A stretch of 64,000 nucleotides of DNA from Sphingopyxis sp. GTDB taxonomy: Bacteria > Pseudomonadota > Alphaproteobacteria > Sphingomonadales > Sphingomonadaceae. The stretch is taken from contig JASBSJ010000082.1 in the NCBI GenBank assembly GCA_030148985.1, positions 1,558 through 65,557 of the forward strand, in the 5' to 3' direction. Of this stretch, positions 28,710-38,941 are shown in pieces. Under the pieces are notes generated by a model that was given only the letters and a program-made list of their open reading frames with translations, did not search any database and was not told where the DNA came from. Position 1 is the stretch's first letter. Each line of letters begins with the position of its first letter. Position numbers and translations under genes: made by a program.

Positions 28710-28726
28710 AGGGAGGGATCCGATGC

Positions 28727-31267
28727 TCAGCGCACCGGACATTGAATGACGGTATCGGCTTCGGCGGCGCTGCCAAGCGCGACGCGCGCGAGGCTGAATC
28801 CCAGCGATCCGGTCGTCGCCAGGCGGAATGGTGCTGCGATGCGCGTCATGTCGGCACCTGCCGTGGCAAAACATTTCAGCGGTACGGCCATCACCTGCCA
28901 CTGGCCCGGCGCCAGCCTTGCAAATTCGGCAATCGGAATGGGGCGTCCGCACTCGGCGCTGTCGCAACGCATCGACATCGACACCGGAGCCGAGGGCGGC
29001 GCGTCGAGCCGGAGGGTGGCGAGAAGGAGAACGTCGCCATTGGTTTCGCGCGACAAATCGAGCGCGTCGAGCGCGCCGATTTCGACCGCCGCTCCCTCCG
29101 AACCGGCGATGATGGCAAATTGCCGCGCGCCTTCCTGAACGCCATAATCGGTAGCGGTTATCTGTGCGCGTCCGCCCAAGCCGACAGCGGGAACCGTGGT
29201 GACGCGCAGACTGTCGCCGCCATCGATCTGCGACACGGTCAGCGACCAGGATGCAGCCGGAACCCCCTTGTCGAAATAGACCCCGGGACCGTTGCCGTCG
29301 TCGGCGACAAGGCTGTCCTCGGGCAGGTCGATCCAGCGCTGCGGACCATCGGCATAGGTCAGGCCATATCCAAGCGGGAAAAGCGTCGCGCCGCCATGCT
29401 GCGCGGTGGCCGGCCAGGCGGTTGGCAGCCGGCCACGAAAATCATGGGCCGGCATGTTGTCCGTTCCCGCAAAAAGCAGATCGGCGACGCCGGCGCCCTC
29501 CGATCCGGGTAGCCAAGCGGTGACGAAGGCGTCGGACTGGTTGAGAGCCTCGTTCACATAAAGCGGCCGGCCGGTGATCATGACCGCGACGACCGGTATG
29601 CCCGCTGCCTTCAGCTTGCGCATTGTCGCAAAAGGACGCCGAAGTTCGGGACGAAGCTGGAGCGACGGAATATCGCCCTGAAATTCGGCATAGGGGGTTT
29701 CGCCGAAAATGACGATCGCAGCATCGGGACGCTGTTTATAGTCACCGTCGGGTGCGAGCTCGGCACTGCCCCCCGCCTTGGCGACGCTTTGCTCGATACC
29801 GCGCCAAAGCGATGTCGCCCCGGGAAACTGGGCGTTGGTCAGTCCGGTACCCTGCCAGCTCAGCGTCCAGCCGCCCGACTGGCGGGCGATGTCGTCGGCA
29901 CCATCGCCAGCAACGAGGATATGGGCAGTGGGGCGGAGCGGCAGAACGCCCGTGTTTTTGAGCATAACGAGCGATTTGCGCACCGCCTCCCGCGCGATGG
30001 CCCGATGCTCGGGCGCACCGAGAAGTTCGTATCGTCCAGAAAGCGCGCGCGATGACGGTTTGCCGGCTTCGAACAGTCCAAGTCGCTGTTTGACGCGCAG
30101 GACCCGAGCAACGGCATCGTCGAGCCGTGACATCGGGATGGTGCCATCCTTCACCTGCGCGAGCGTGCTGCCGTAAAGCGCGCGCCAGCTGTCGGGCGCC
30201 ATCAGCATGTCGATTCCGGCATTGACCGCCGTCGGGCAACTGGCATTTGAGCAGCCTGCAACCTGACCATGGGCGTTCCAGTCGGTGACGACGAGACCCC
30301 CGAAATTCATCCGGCCTTTCAATATGTCGGTAACCAGCCCCTTGTGGCCGGAGATTTTCACGCCCTTCCAGCTCGAGAAGCTGGTCATGACGGTCGCCAC
30401 GCCATTTTCCATCGCGGGGATATAGGGCGCGCCGTGAATCAGCCGCAGTTCAAGTTCCGAGATGTCGGCATCGCCCTGGTCGCGCCCGTCCTGCGTCGCG
30501 CCGTCGGCAAGGAAATGCTTGGTACTGGCGGCGACGAAGGGGCCCGACAGAATCGGTTTGGTCGAGGGCGGCCCCTGCAGCCCACGCACCATCGCGCCAA
30601 CATAGGAGGCGACAAGCGCTGGATCGGACGAATAGCCTTCATAAGCGCGGCCCCAGCGATAATCCTGGGGCACGGTGACGGTCGGGGCGAACGTCCATTC
30701 CTGGCCTGTGACGCGAATCTCGGCCGCGGTCGCGCGACCGATACGCTCGATCAGGTCGGGATCGCGCGCGGCGCCAAGACCGACATTATGAGGGAACAGC
30801 GTCGCGCCGACGATATTGCTGTGGCCATGGACGGCATCGGTGCCCCACATGATCGGGATCGCCGGCCGCCCGCGCGGCACTTGCATCGACGCGGCATAGA
30901 AGGCGTCGGCCAGGGCCAGCCATTCGCTGGCGGGTGCAAGATCATTCCCGCCCGGTCCCGAATTGCCGCCATTGAGCACCGATCCCAGATGATAATTCCG
31001 CACGTCGTCGGGGGTCACGCTGCCGATGTCGGCCTGGATAATCTGTCCGACCTTTTGCTCGACCGACATTTTGGCAAGCAGCGACTGAACATGGGCTTCG
31101 CCCTCGGACGTCAGGACGCGCGGGTAAGTAATTTCCGGCCATTGCGCGGGATGGATCGGCGCGACCGAATCGCTCGGCGATTGCACATCGGCACCCGCTG
31201 ACAGGGGGAGAGCGAGCACGCAAAGTGTTGCTGTTGTGATAATATAATTAATTGTTTTGAAAGGCAT
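28727..31267 (-). CDS. Secreted GH3 beta-glucosidase / exo-beta-glucanase with C-terminal galactose-binding-like domain
   Basis: WGTDAVHGH, RWGRAYEGYS, KHFLADG, nucleophile VTDWN, AWLPGSEG. Confidence 0.93.
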   Translation of the reverse strand: MPFKTINYIITTATLCVLALPLSAGADVQSPSDSVAPIHPAQWPEITYPRVLTSEGEAHVQSLLAKMSVEQKVGQIIQADIGSVTPDDVRNYHLGSVLNGGNSGPGGNDLAPASEWLALADAFYAASMQVPRGRPAIPIMWGTDAVHGHSNIVGATLFPHNVGLGAARDPDLIERIGRATAAEIRVTGQEWTFAPTVTVPQDYRWGRAYEGYSSDPALVASYVGAMVRGLQGPPSTKPILSGPFVAASTKHFLADGATQDGRDQGDADISELELRLIHGAPYIPAMENGVATVMTSFSSWKGVKISGHKGLVTDILKGRMNFGGLVVTDWNAHGQVAGCSNASCPTAVNAGIDMLMAPDSWRALYGSTLAQVKDGTIPMSRLDDAVARVLRVKQRLGLFEAGKPSSRALSGRYELLGAPEHRAIAREAVRKSLVMLKNTGVLPLRPTAHILVAGDGADDIARQSGGWTLSWQGTGLTNAQFPGATSLWRGIEQSVAKAGGSAELAPDGDYKQRPDAAIVIFGETPYAEFQGDIPSLQLRPELRRPFATMRKLKAAGIPVVAVMITGRPLYVNEALNQSDAFVTAWLPGSEGAGVADLLFAGTDNMPAHDFRGRLPTAWPATAQHGGATLFPLGYGLTYADGPQRWIDLPEDSLVADDGNGPGVYFDKGVPAASWSLTVSQIDGGDSLRVTTVPAVGLGGRAQITATDYGVQEGARQFAIIAGSEGAAVEIGALDALDLSRETNGDVLLLATLRLDAPPSAPVSMSMRCDSAECGRPIPIAEFARLAPGQWQVMAVPLKCFATAGADMTRIAAPFRLATTGSLGFSLARVALGSAAEADTVIQCPVR

Positions 31268-31310
31268 AAAAGTCTCGTCCCAGATGTTCTTGTTTCTGCT
31301 CAACGCCGCC

Positions 31311-31386
31311 TGACAACCTTGACAGGAATTTCCCAAAAAATGCCGCCGAACCGCATGATGATAAACATCGTTTGACAACGTTGACA
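31311..31386. promoter_or_regulatory. Two LacI-type operators in the divergent GH3/receptor promoter
   Basis: TGACAACCTTGACA (31311-31324) and TGACAACGTTGACA (31373-31386), close to the LacI-type palindrome TGACAACGTTGTCA. Confidence 0.7.
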
Positions 31387-31523
31387 GAAATATGCAACGA
31401 AAAGTCGTGCACGGTTTCTGCCGGACGCTTCCGCCGGATGCCGATTCGCCGGCTGGCTTGCCCGTGCACGAGAAAAGAAATCTATGGCCCGCACATCAAG
31501 ATGCGGCTTGGGAGGGTTTGGAA

Positions 31524-34502
31524 ATGATCAGCGTAACTTTGCGCGGCCGTACGGCATTGCTTGCCGCAGCGTCGTTTTTTGCTTTGGGAACCGCTGGCGC
31601 GCCGGCATTTGCGCAATCCGGGTCGGAAGAGACGGCAAGCGACGAGATCGTCGTGACCGGCTTTCGCGCATCCCTGCAAAATGCCCTGAACGCCAAGCGC
31701 GAATCAAACCTCATCATCGAATCGGTAACGGCCGAGGATATCGGGAAATTCCCCGATCAGAATGTCGCGGAATCGCTCCAACGCCTTCCCGGGATCCAGA
31801 TCGATCGCGAAAATGGTCAGGGGTCAAAGGTCCGCATCCGCGGCCTCGACCAGAACGTCACCCTGTTGAACGGCGAATTATTCGTCAGCGGGCTTGAGGT
31901 TTATAAGGTCGGCGAAGGCAACTATAACCGCAACGACAGCCTTGAAGGCGTTCCTTCCGAGCTGATCGGCGGGATCGAAGTCTTCAAATCGCCCAATGCC
32001 TCGCTGCTCGAAGGCGGCCTTGGTGGCATCGTCAATCTGAAGACCCGCAGCGGGCTTGATCTTCAGGACGGCCTCACCATCGCCGGCAACGCCAAGATGA
32101 GCAAGGGAAGCGAGATCGGCGGGTGGAAACCGGCGGGTGCCGCGGTGCTGGGCTATAATTTCAACGACCGCCTCGGTATCATTGCGTCGTTCAGCTATGA
32201 GCAGACCAACAATCACGTCAATGTTTTGGGCGGCGACAATCGCGGCAACTGGGCTTTTGCCGCCGGACGGCGCGACACGGCAACGGTCCCGACCAATTAC
32301 TATGCTCCCGAATATCGCTACATCACCGACCGCGATCAATATCGTCGGCGTTGGGGGGCTTCGCTCGGGGTCAATTTCCAGGCAACCGATGAGCTGGAGG
32401 TCAGCGCCCAATATTTCCACTCCGATCTAAAAATCGATACGCGCGAAGCATCGGTAAAATTTCCGTTCGGGCAGGGTGAATCGCAAGGCCTTGTCGGCAG
32501 CTATAATATCAATGAAAACGGCGTGTTAGTCGATGGAACGGTGCGCGCGCAGTCGGCCGAGGCCATTTCCTTTGTCGACGTTTCGAAAATCAAATCCGAC
32601 AATGTTCAGTTCGGTCTCGACTGGGACAATGACGTTAATTTCCGCGCATCGGTCATGGCCGATTATTCTTCGTCGAAACTGCGCCGCGAAGTCGCCAATA
32701 ACGATGTCCGCTATACCGCCTATGGGGTCCGAGGACCGGGCACGACAGGTCCGCAGCCGGGATTCACGGCCAATCCGGCGGCGCCCCCGACCTTTGACTT
32801 CACCTATAAGAACGGCGAATTCCCCAGCTTTGGAATCGCGCCCGGCAGCCCGCAGGATCTGTTCACCAACCCGGCCTATGGATTTTTCAAATCGCATTGG
32901 GCCTTTGGCGATCGTTCGGACACAAAGGGCCATTCGATCCGCGCCGACTTTGGTTATGATGTCGACAATAGCGATGCGAATACAATCACGCTGAGCGCGG
33001 GCTTTCGTTATGGCCAGCGGACGGTCGATTTCAGCTCGGGGCGCTATCTTGCGGACTATAGCGGCAAAGGTGAGCTGGATGCCACCGCCATCCCGGATAG
33101 CGAGCGCGTTCCAGGCTTTTCGTATAATTGGACGCCTTATGGCTATTTCCAGGACGGCGCGATCGGATATAAAATTTGCGATCTTCCAGAAGCGAACAAG
33201 CCCGCGGCTTTTGCCGGTTGCAGCCGCTTCGGCAATTCGCCAGCTTTGATTACGCCCTATCAAACCTTCACCAGCAACCCCGAACGGGTCGAAACGATCA
33301 CCAATTTTGCGGGGGGCGGGCGTATAGCGGGCGACGCCGTGTTGGTTGCAGACCGATCAAAGATGACCAATGCCCTGGATTGGATCCAGTCGCTCTATCC
33401 CGACACGCCATTCACCTTCTTTGCCGATCCCTTGCAAACCTATCGGGTCAAGGAAGAAACCAAATCGGGCTATATTATGACTGACCTGGGCGGACTTGAC
33501 GATCCTTACCACGTCAATGTCGGCCTTCGCATCGTCAACACCAGTCTGACCGTCGATCAGAACCAGCCGGCCAACGCCGACCCCAGCTATTGGGGTACCG
33601 ACAGCTGGAACGGCGTGCTGCGCGATTTCACCACCAATACCGTCGCGCGGACCTATACGGATTTTCTGCCGAGCCTGAATGCCGTGTTCGATATCAGCGA
33701 GGGCGACAAGATCCGCTTCTCGGCGGCGCGGGTCGTTGCGCGGCAACCGCTGGTTTCGCTCGGCCAGGGCTTTTCGACCCAGTTCACGCGCGATCCGGCC
33801 GACGATCTGTTCAAATTTACCAATGGCAGCCGCGGCAATGCCGAGCTCGACCCGTTTCGCGCCTATCAGTTCGACCTTGGGTTCGAACATTATTTCGGCC
33901 GCCAGGGCCTGTTGTCGGCGGGGCTGTTCTGGAAGGAAATCGACAGCTTCATTGTCAATGAAACGGTCGTCGTCTTTGTCAACGACCAGGCTGGTGGCCG
34001 GCTCGGGCCGGTTACCCAGCCTGCCAACGGATCGGGCGGCCGCGTGAAGGGTTTCGAGCTTGCGGGCCAATATGCCTTTGATTTCGGGCTCGGCTTTACC
34101 GCCAATTATACATTCTCGGACACGAGCACCGATTTCGCTACCGACTTCAGCAAGAATCTGCCCTTGCCGGGCGTGTCGAAACATTCGGCCAATGGACAGG
34201 TTTATTTCGAACATTCCGGATTTGCAGCGCGCGCATCGTACAGCTGGCGTTCGAAACAATATGTCGGGAACTTCGGCTTTGCCGACGGACCGGTAACGCG
34301 CACGCTCGGCATCTATCAAAAATCCTTCGGCCAGCTCGACGGACAGATCAGCTACAAGCTCACCGACAATTTCGAAGTGTTTGCCGAAGCGATCAACATC
34401 ACCAAGGCCGATACGAGCGTCTATTTGCAATTTCCCGAACTGCCCTTCCGCTTCGAATCCGGTTCAAGGCGGATCTATGGCGGGGTGAAATTCAACTTCT
34501 GA
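31524..34502 (+). CDS. TonB-dependent receptor (module 3, carbohydrate type)
   Basis: EIVVTGFRASL, AEDIGKFPDQNVAESLQRLPGI, terminal FNF, GGAGG RBS. Confidence 0.95.
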   Translation: MISVTLRGRTALLAAASFFALGTAGAPAFAQSGSEETASDEIVVTGFRASLQNALNAKRESNLIIESVTAEDIGKFPDQNVAESLQRLPGIQIDRENGQGSKVRIRGLDQNVTLLNGELFVSGLEVYKVGEGNYNRNDSLEGVPSELIGGIEVFKSPNASLLEGGLGGIVNLKTRSGLDLQDGLTIAGNAKMSKGSEIGGWKPAGAAVLGYNFNDRLGIIASFSYEQTNNHVNVLGGDNRGNWAFAAGRRDTATVPTNYYAPEYRYITDRDQYRRRWGASLGVNFQATDELEVSAQYFHSDLKIDTREASVKFPFGQGESQGLVGSYNINENGVLVDGTVRAQSAEAISFVDVSKIKSDNVQFGLDWDNDVNFRASVMADYSSSKLRREVANNDVRYTAYGVRGPGTTGPQPGFTANPAAPPTFDFTYKNGEFPSFGIAPGSPQDLFTNPAYGFFKSHWAFGDRSDTKGHSIRADFGYDVDNSDANTITLSAGFRYGQRTVDFSSGRYLADYSGKGELDATAIPDSERVPGFSYNWTPYGYFQDGAIGYKICDLPEANKPAAFAGCSRFGNSPALITPYQTFTSNPERVETITNFAGGGRIAGDAVLVADRSKMTNALDWIQSLYPDTPFTFFADPLQTYRVKEETKSGYIMTDLGGLDDPYHVNVGLRIVNTSLTVDQNQPANADPSYWGTDSWNGVLRDFTTNTVARTYTDFLPSLNAVFDISEGDKIRFSAARVVARQPLVSLGQGFSTQFTRDPADDLFKFTNGSRGNAELDPFRAYQFDLGFEHYFGRQGLLSAGLFWKEIDSFIVNETVVVFVNDQAGGRLGPVTQPANGSGGRVKGFELAGQYAFDFGLGFTANYTFSDTSTDFATDFSKNLPLPGVSKHSANGQVYFEHSGFAARASYSWRSKQYVGNFGFADGPVTRTLGIYQKSFGQLDGQISYKLTDNFEVFAEAINITKADTSVYLQFPELPFRFESGSRRIYGGVKFNF

Positions 34503-34519
34503 CGCCAGTCATCCCCCCG

Positions 34520-34556
34520 CGTAGCGGCCCTTTTAGCGAAGGGCCGCTACGTTTTT
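34520..34556 (+). terminator. Intrinsic terminator after the receptor
   Basis: 13-bp stem CGTAGCGGCCCTT/AAGGGCCGCTACG followed by TTTTT. Confidence 0.8.
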
Positions 34557-34589
34557 CTGCCGTCTGGAGAGCGTGAAAGAGGTCAGCCA

Positions 34590-36182
34590 ATGGCAGAGAG
34601 GGAAGGCCGCGAACCTGCGCATGACGCCGCACCATCGCGCGCGCCGTTGCGCTCGATCTGCATCGTTGGTGGTGGGACTGCGGGGTGGTCTGCGGCGGCG
34701 CTGCTGGCCGGCATATTGCGCGGCAGCGGTTGCACGATCACGCTGGTCGAATCGTCGAGCATTCCAACTGTCGGGGTTGGCGAGGCGACAATTCCGCCAA
34801 TTTTTGAATTTCTGCGCAACATTGGCGCCGACGAAGTCGCCTTCATCCGCCGCTGTCAGGCGACCTTCAAACTGGGCATTCAATTTCGCGACTGGCTGGA
34901 ACCGGGCCATGAATATTGGCATCCGTTCGGCAATTTGGGGATGACGATCAACCAGCGTCCTTTTCATCATTATTATTGGAAGAATTTGGCTGAGGGTCAT
35001 GACGAAACGCTGGCCGATCTATGCCCGTCGGCCGCGCTGGCCGAAGACCATAAGTTCGCCTTTCCGTCGCCCAATGGCGAATGGCCGGGAGCAGGGGTCG
35101 CTTATGCGCTCCATTTCGACGCCGGCCTTGTCGCCGCATTTCTGCGCGACCATTCCGAAGCAGCAGGCGTCACTCGCCTCGACCGCAAAATCACCCATGC
35201 CCAACGCGGCGAGAATGACCGCATCGACGCAATATATTTCGACGATGGCGAAAGCCTATCGGCCGATTTCTATATCGATTGCTCGGGCTTTCGCGCCCTA
35301 TTGATCGACGAAACCTTAGGGTCGGGCTATAATGATTGGCGCCATTGGTTGCCCTGCGACCGCGCCGTTGCCGCGCCGACCGCGGTGCAGCCGGGACGGG
35401 CGCCCTATACGGTTTCGACGGCCAAATCCGCTGGCTGGCAGTGGCGTATCCCGCTGCAGAGCCGCGTCGGGAACGGGCTGGTCTATTGCAGCGATTTCAT
35501 CGACGATCAGGCCGCCGCGGAAGAATTTTTGGCGGGGCTCGACAGCCCCGCGGACGACGCACCGCGCTTTCTGCGTTTTACTGCGGGTCACCGAAAGCGC
35601 GCATGGATCGGCAATTGTCTGGCGATCGGGCTATCGGCGGGCTTTCTCGAGCCGCTTGAATCGACGAGTATCCATCTGATCCACACCGGGCTCAACCGTC
35701 TGCTCGACTATTTTCCCGACATGTCCTTCGATCCGACCCTGATCGACGCCTATAATCGCGAAGTCGAGATGGAATATGCGCATATCCGCGATTTCCTGAT
35801 GCTCCACTATTATCCCAACCGGCGCCATGGCGAACCCTTTTGGGACCATGTCCGCACCCTTGCCCTTCCCGAAAGCCTGCGCGAAAAAATGGCGTTGTTC
35901 GAGGCGACAGGGCGCATCACGTCAAAGCGTCGGGAATTATTTGCCGACATCAGCTGGTTCTATGTCGCCTGCGGCATGGGCCTGCGGCCACCCGCCATCG
36001 ATCCGCTCGTCGATGTCGCGCCATTCGACGATGTACGCGACATTATCGGTCAAATGCGGCAGGCCCTGCGACAATTTCGTACCGCCGCGCCCTCGCACGA
36101 CGCCATTCTCGACCGCCTGCTCGATCCCAACGAAAACCGCCGCCCCAGTTTCGGGGTCGGCGCAGGATGGGCGGGACGTTAA
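34590..36182 (+). CDS. Tryptophan halogenase family flavin-dependent protein
   Basis: VGGGTAG, VGVGEATIP, ATFKLGI (catalytic Lys position), WQWRIP, GFLEPLEST. Confidence 0.92.
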   Translation: MAEREGREPAHDAAPSRAPLRSICIVGGGTAGWSAAALLAGILRGSGCTITLVESSSIPTVGVGEATIPPIFEFLRNIGADEVAFIRRCQATFKLGIQFRDWLEPGHEYWHPFGNLGMTINQRPFHHYYWKNLAEGHDETLADLCPSAALAEDHKFAFPSPNGEWPGAGVAYALHFDAGLVAAFLRDHSEAAGVTRLDRKITHAQRGENDRIDAIYFDDGESLSADFYIDCSGFRALLIDETLGSGYNDWRHWLPCDRAVAAPTAVQPGRAPYTVSTAKSAGWQWRIPLQSRVGNGLVYCSDFIDDQAAAEEFLAGLDSPADDAPRFLRFTAGHRKRAWIGNCLAIGLSAGFLEPLESTSIHLIHTGLNRLLDYFPDMSFDPTLIDAYNREVEMEYAHIRDFLMLHYYPNRRHGEPFWDHVRTLALPESLREKMALFEATGRITSKRRELFADISWFYVACGMGLRPPAIDPLVDVAPFDDVRDIIGQMRQALRQFRTAAPSHDAILDRLLDPNENRRPSFGVGAGWAGR

Positions 36183-37441
36183 AACACCGCTTGCCCGATT
36201 GCGGAGGAGCGCTCCACGGGGCGGTATAACAGGCCGACCGCAAGCGCGACCAGGGCGGATCCGACCAGTGCGGGCATGACCGAGCGGTTGGCGCTGAATG
36301 CCAGGCTAAGGGCGATGACCTGCGGCGCGAGCGCCTGACCCAGTTTGCGCGCCGTCGTCGCCAGCGCATAAATGCGCACCGCGCACCCCCCCTCGCGCGT
36401 CGCCTCGACATCCTGGATCACCGCAGGGACGAGCGACCAGAACATCACCGACATTCCACAACTGGCGATAATCGCGACGACAAACAATATCGCGACGGGG
36501 ACAAGGCCGGGATATAGCAGCCACGCCATGACAAGGGCCAGGGCATTCATCGCCAATGCAGCCCATAGGGTTGGCACCCTTCCCCATTTCTTCTCGATCC
36601 ACACCCATGCCGGAATGCTGACGAGCAGGGCGAGCGAGGGGGCAATGGCGGCGCGATAACCAAGCTCGGCATGTCCGAGTTCGGCGAACAGGAAAAGCAA
36701 GGTTTTGCTGAGCATCGTCACGCTGAGCCCCGCCGTCACGATAACGATCATCAGGCGGCGCAGCGCCGCCGATTGCGACAATAGCGTCCCATAGGCGCGG
36801 ATCTGTCCAAAGGGGCGGATCTCGGCAATGTCGCGCGACGGCACAATCCGCTCCCGCACGCCAAGGAAGGTGAGGAGCAAAAAGGGCTGGGCTGCGACAC
36901 CGAGGATCATCGCGCCCATCCAGAAACGCTGCGGCCCTTCGCCCGCAGGCACATTGGCGTAAACAATCGCTGCCAATATTCCGCCGAGCGCGGCGCCCTG
37001 CATCCGCAGCCCGGTCAACCGGACATGTTCCTCGGCATCGTCGGTCAAGCGCGCCGTTAGCGCCGCATAGGGAATATTCCCCAGGCTATAGCAAAGCCGC
37101 AGCAGCAAATGGGTCGCGACGACATAGGCCGTCAGCCAGTTGCCGACCAGAGCGGGCTGGGCAAAGGCGAGCGCGAGGGCGATGCCCGCTACCGGACCGC
37201 CAAACAGCACCCACGCGCGCAAGGGCGCCCGCGTCGATGCCCGGTCGGCCAGCGCGCCTATGACCGGGTCGGCGAGCCAGTCGAGCGCCGCCCCGACAAG
37301 AAACACGCCCGACGCGATCTCGAGCGGCAAGGCCAGAACCTCAATGTAGAAATAGAGAAGATAAAGTTCGATCGACGCCCATATCAGGTTGAACCCCGTG
37401 TCGCCGGCGGCATAGCTGAACCTCTCGCTGCGCGTGACCAC
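36179..37441 (-). CDS. GPH (MelB-like) glycoside:cation symporter, MFS
   Basis: YAAGDTGFN, DWLADPVIGALAD, NIPYAAL. The GTG start at 37441 lies just after the LacI stop. Confidence 0.85.
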   Translation of the reverse strand: MVTRSERFSYAAGDTGFNLIWASIELYLLYFYIEVLALPLEIASGVFLVGAALDWLADPVIGALADRASTRAPLRAWVLFGGPVAGIALALAFAQPALVGNWLTAYVVATHLLLRLCYSLGNIPYAALTARLTDDAEEHVRLTGLRMQGAALGGILAAIVYANVPAGEGPQRFWMGAMILGVAAQPFLLLTFLGVRERIVPSRDIAEIRPFGQIRAYGTLLSQSAALRRLMIVIVTAGLSVTMLSKTLLFLFAELGHAELGYRAAIAPSLALLVSIPAWVWIEKKWGRVPTLWAALAMNALALVMAWLLYPGLVPVAILFVVAIIASCGMSVMFWSLVPAVIQDVEATREGGCAVRIYALATTARKLGQALAPQVIALSLAFSANRSVMPALVGSALVALAVGLLYRPVERSSAIGQAVF

Positions 37442-37451
37442 AGCCGTTGGC

Positions 37452-38474
37452 CTAGGCGGGCGGCGGTGCGGCGCTGAGCCGTTCGACCAGTTTATGCGAA
37501 TGAATGACCATCGGGCCGGGCTCTTCGCCCGCCAGATCGCGCAGCAGCATGTCGGCGGCGGTCTTTGCCATTTCGACGATCGGCTGCTGGATGGTTGTGA
37601 GGCGCGGCCACACCACGCGGGCGATTTCGGAATCGTCAAACCCGACGACGGTCAGATCGGCGGGTACGTCGAACCCAAGCTCGCGCGCCGCCGACATCGC
37701 CCCCACCGCCATATCATCATTCTGCGCCAAAATTGCGGTAGGCCGCAGCTTGCGCGACAGCAGCCGCTTGGTCGCTTCATATCCCGATTCAAAGCTGAAA
37801 TCGCCGGTCTCGACCAATTCGGGCTGGCGCGGCAGGTCATGGCCGTCGAACGCCTGGTGATAGCCGATCAGGCGCTGACCGCTGGCCGCATGGGCCGGGT
37901 CGCCCATGATGATCGCGATGGCCCGGTGACCGAGGCCGATGACCAGCTCGGCAATTTCGCGCGCGGCGGCGATATCGTCCATCCCCGTCGCCAGCCCGAC
38001 ATCCAGCAACGATTGGGGTGCGATGCGGGCAAAGGGAATATTTGCATCGGTAAGCCCCGCGATAATGTCGGGATGGTCGGACGCGGGCGGCGCAAGGATA
38101 ACGCCGTCCAGGGCGGCCGAGCGGACCAGGCCGACGACTTCGAGCGGGCGGTCCATCACCGATTCCACGGGCAGCACGATCAGGCGATACCGTTCGCCGT
38201 GCAGCCGCTCGAGCGCGCCGCGCTGCAGCTCGACGACATAGCTCGGGCTGGGCTTTTCATAGATCAGGCCGATCAGATAGGACTGGCGACGCACCAACCC
38301 CTGCGCGAGGACATTGGGATGATAGTTGAGCTCCTTGGCCGCCTTGAGCACCTTTTTGCGCAGCGTCGGCGTGATATGCGGCTCGTTGTTAAAGACCCGC
38401 GACACGCTTTTCGGAGACACCGACGCCAGCCGGGCGACGTCGATGATCGTTGCGCGCTTTTCTCCCCGAGCCAT
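37452..38474 (-). CDS. LacI family transcriptional regulator
   Basis: ATIIDVARLASVSPKSVSRVFN HTH, LNYHPN, NDDMAVGA, VVGFDD, LTTIQQP. ATG 38474 is preferred over TTG 38510. Confidence 0.94.
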   Translation of the reverse strand: MARGEKRATIIDVARLASVSPKSVSRVFNNEPHITPTLRKKVLKAAKELNYHPNVLAQGLVRRQSYLIGLIYEKPSPSYVVELQRGALERLHGERYRLIVLPVESVMDRPLEVVGLVRSAALDGVILAPPASDHPDIIAGLTDANIPFARIAPQSLLDVGLATGMDDIAAAREIAELVIGLGHRAIAIIMGDPAHAASGQRLIGYHQAFDGHDLPRQPELVETGDFSFESGYEATKRLLSRKLRPTAILAQNDDMAVGAMSAARELGFDVPADLTVVGFDDSEIARVVWPRLTTIQQPIVEMAKTAADMLLRDLAGEEPGPMVIHSHKLVERLSAAPPPA

Positions 38475-38700
38475 AACAGTCTCGGTGCCGACATTGTCCT
38501 TCGTTGTCAATCATACGCCGAAAATCTCAACCCTATTAAATCCTCGCTGCCAGGCGATTGCCTGGCCGCAGTTTGATCTTCACGGCGAAGCCCAAAAACC
38601 GGGCCAGTTCCTCGCACGGCTGCGCACTGGCAAAAAGGCGGATTGATAGAACCGACGCCATCCGCTCAATCTTACCGTCCATGTTGAAAGGACGATCCCG

Positions 38701-38922
38701 TTGACCGAAGAAACCCATCCGCCTCGCATCGATTGCGTTCTGATCTGTGGCGGCGTCTGGCACGACATGGAATTTGCACGGCTGGAGTTGCTCAAGCTCC
38801 TCGCCGAAGACCCGGCGGTCCGGACACGGGTGTTCGAAGATTATAAGAATGTCGATGCGATTGCTGCCGCCGATATGGCGCAGGGAAGCAACATCCGGGC
38901 GTCCGGCGCATTGTCTGTTTAG
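38701..38922 (+). pseudogene. 5' fragment of a probable ThuA-like domain gene
   Basis: RBS plus TTG start; VLICGGVWHDMEFARLELLKLL resembles ThuA-like N-termini. The frame ends after 73 codons, inside the pfpI upstream region. Confidence 0.55.
38888..38912 (+). promoter_or_regulatory. Putative EcfG (general stress sigma factor) promoter
   Basis: GCAAC-N16-CATT lies 30 bp upstream of pfpI, close to the GGAAC-N16/17-CGTT consensus. Confidence 0.45.
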
Positions 38923-38941
38923 CAGACAAGGAGCTTTCACC

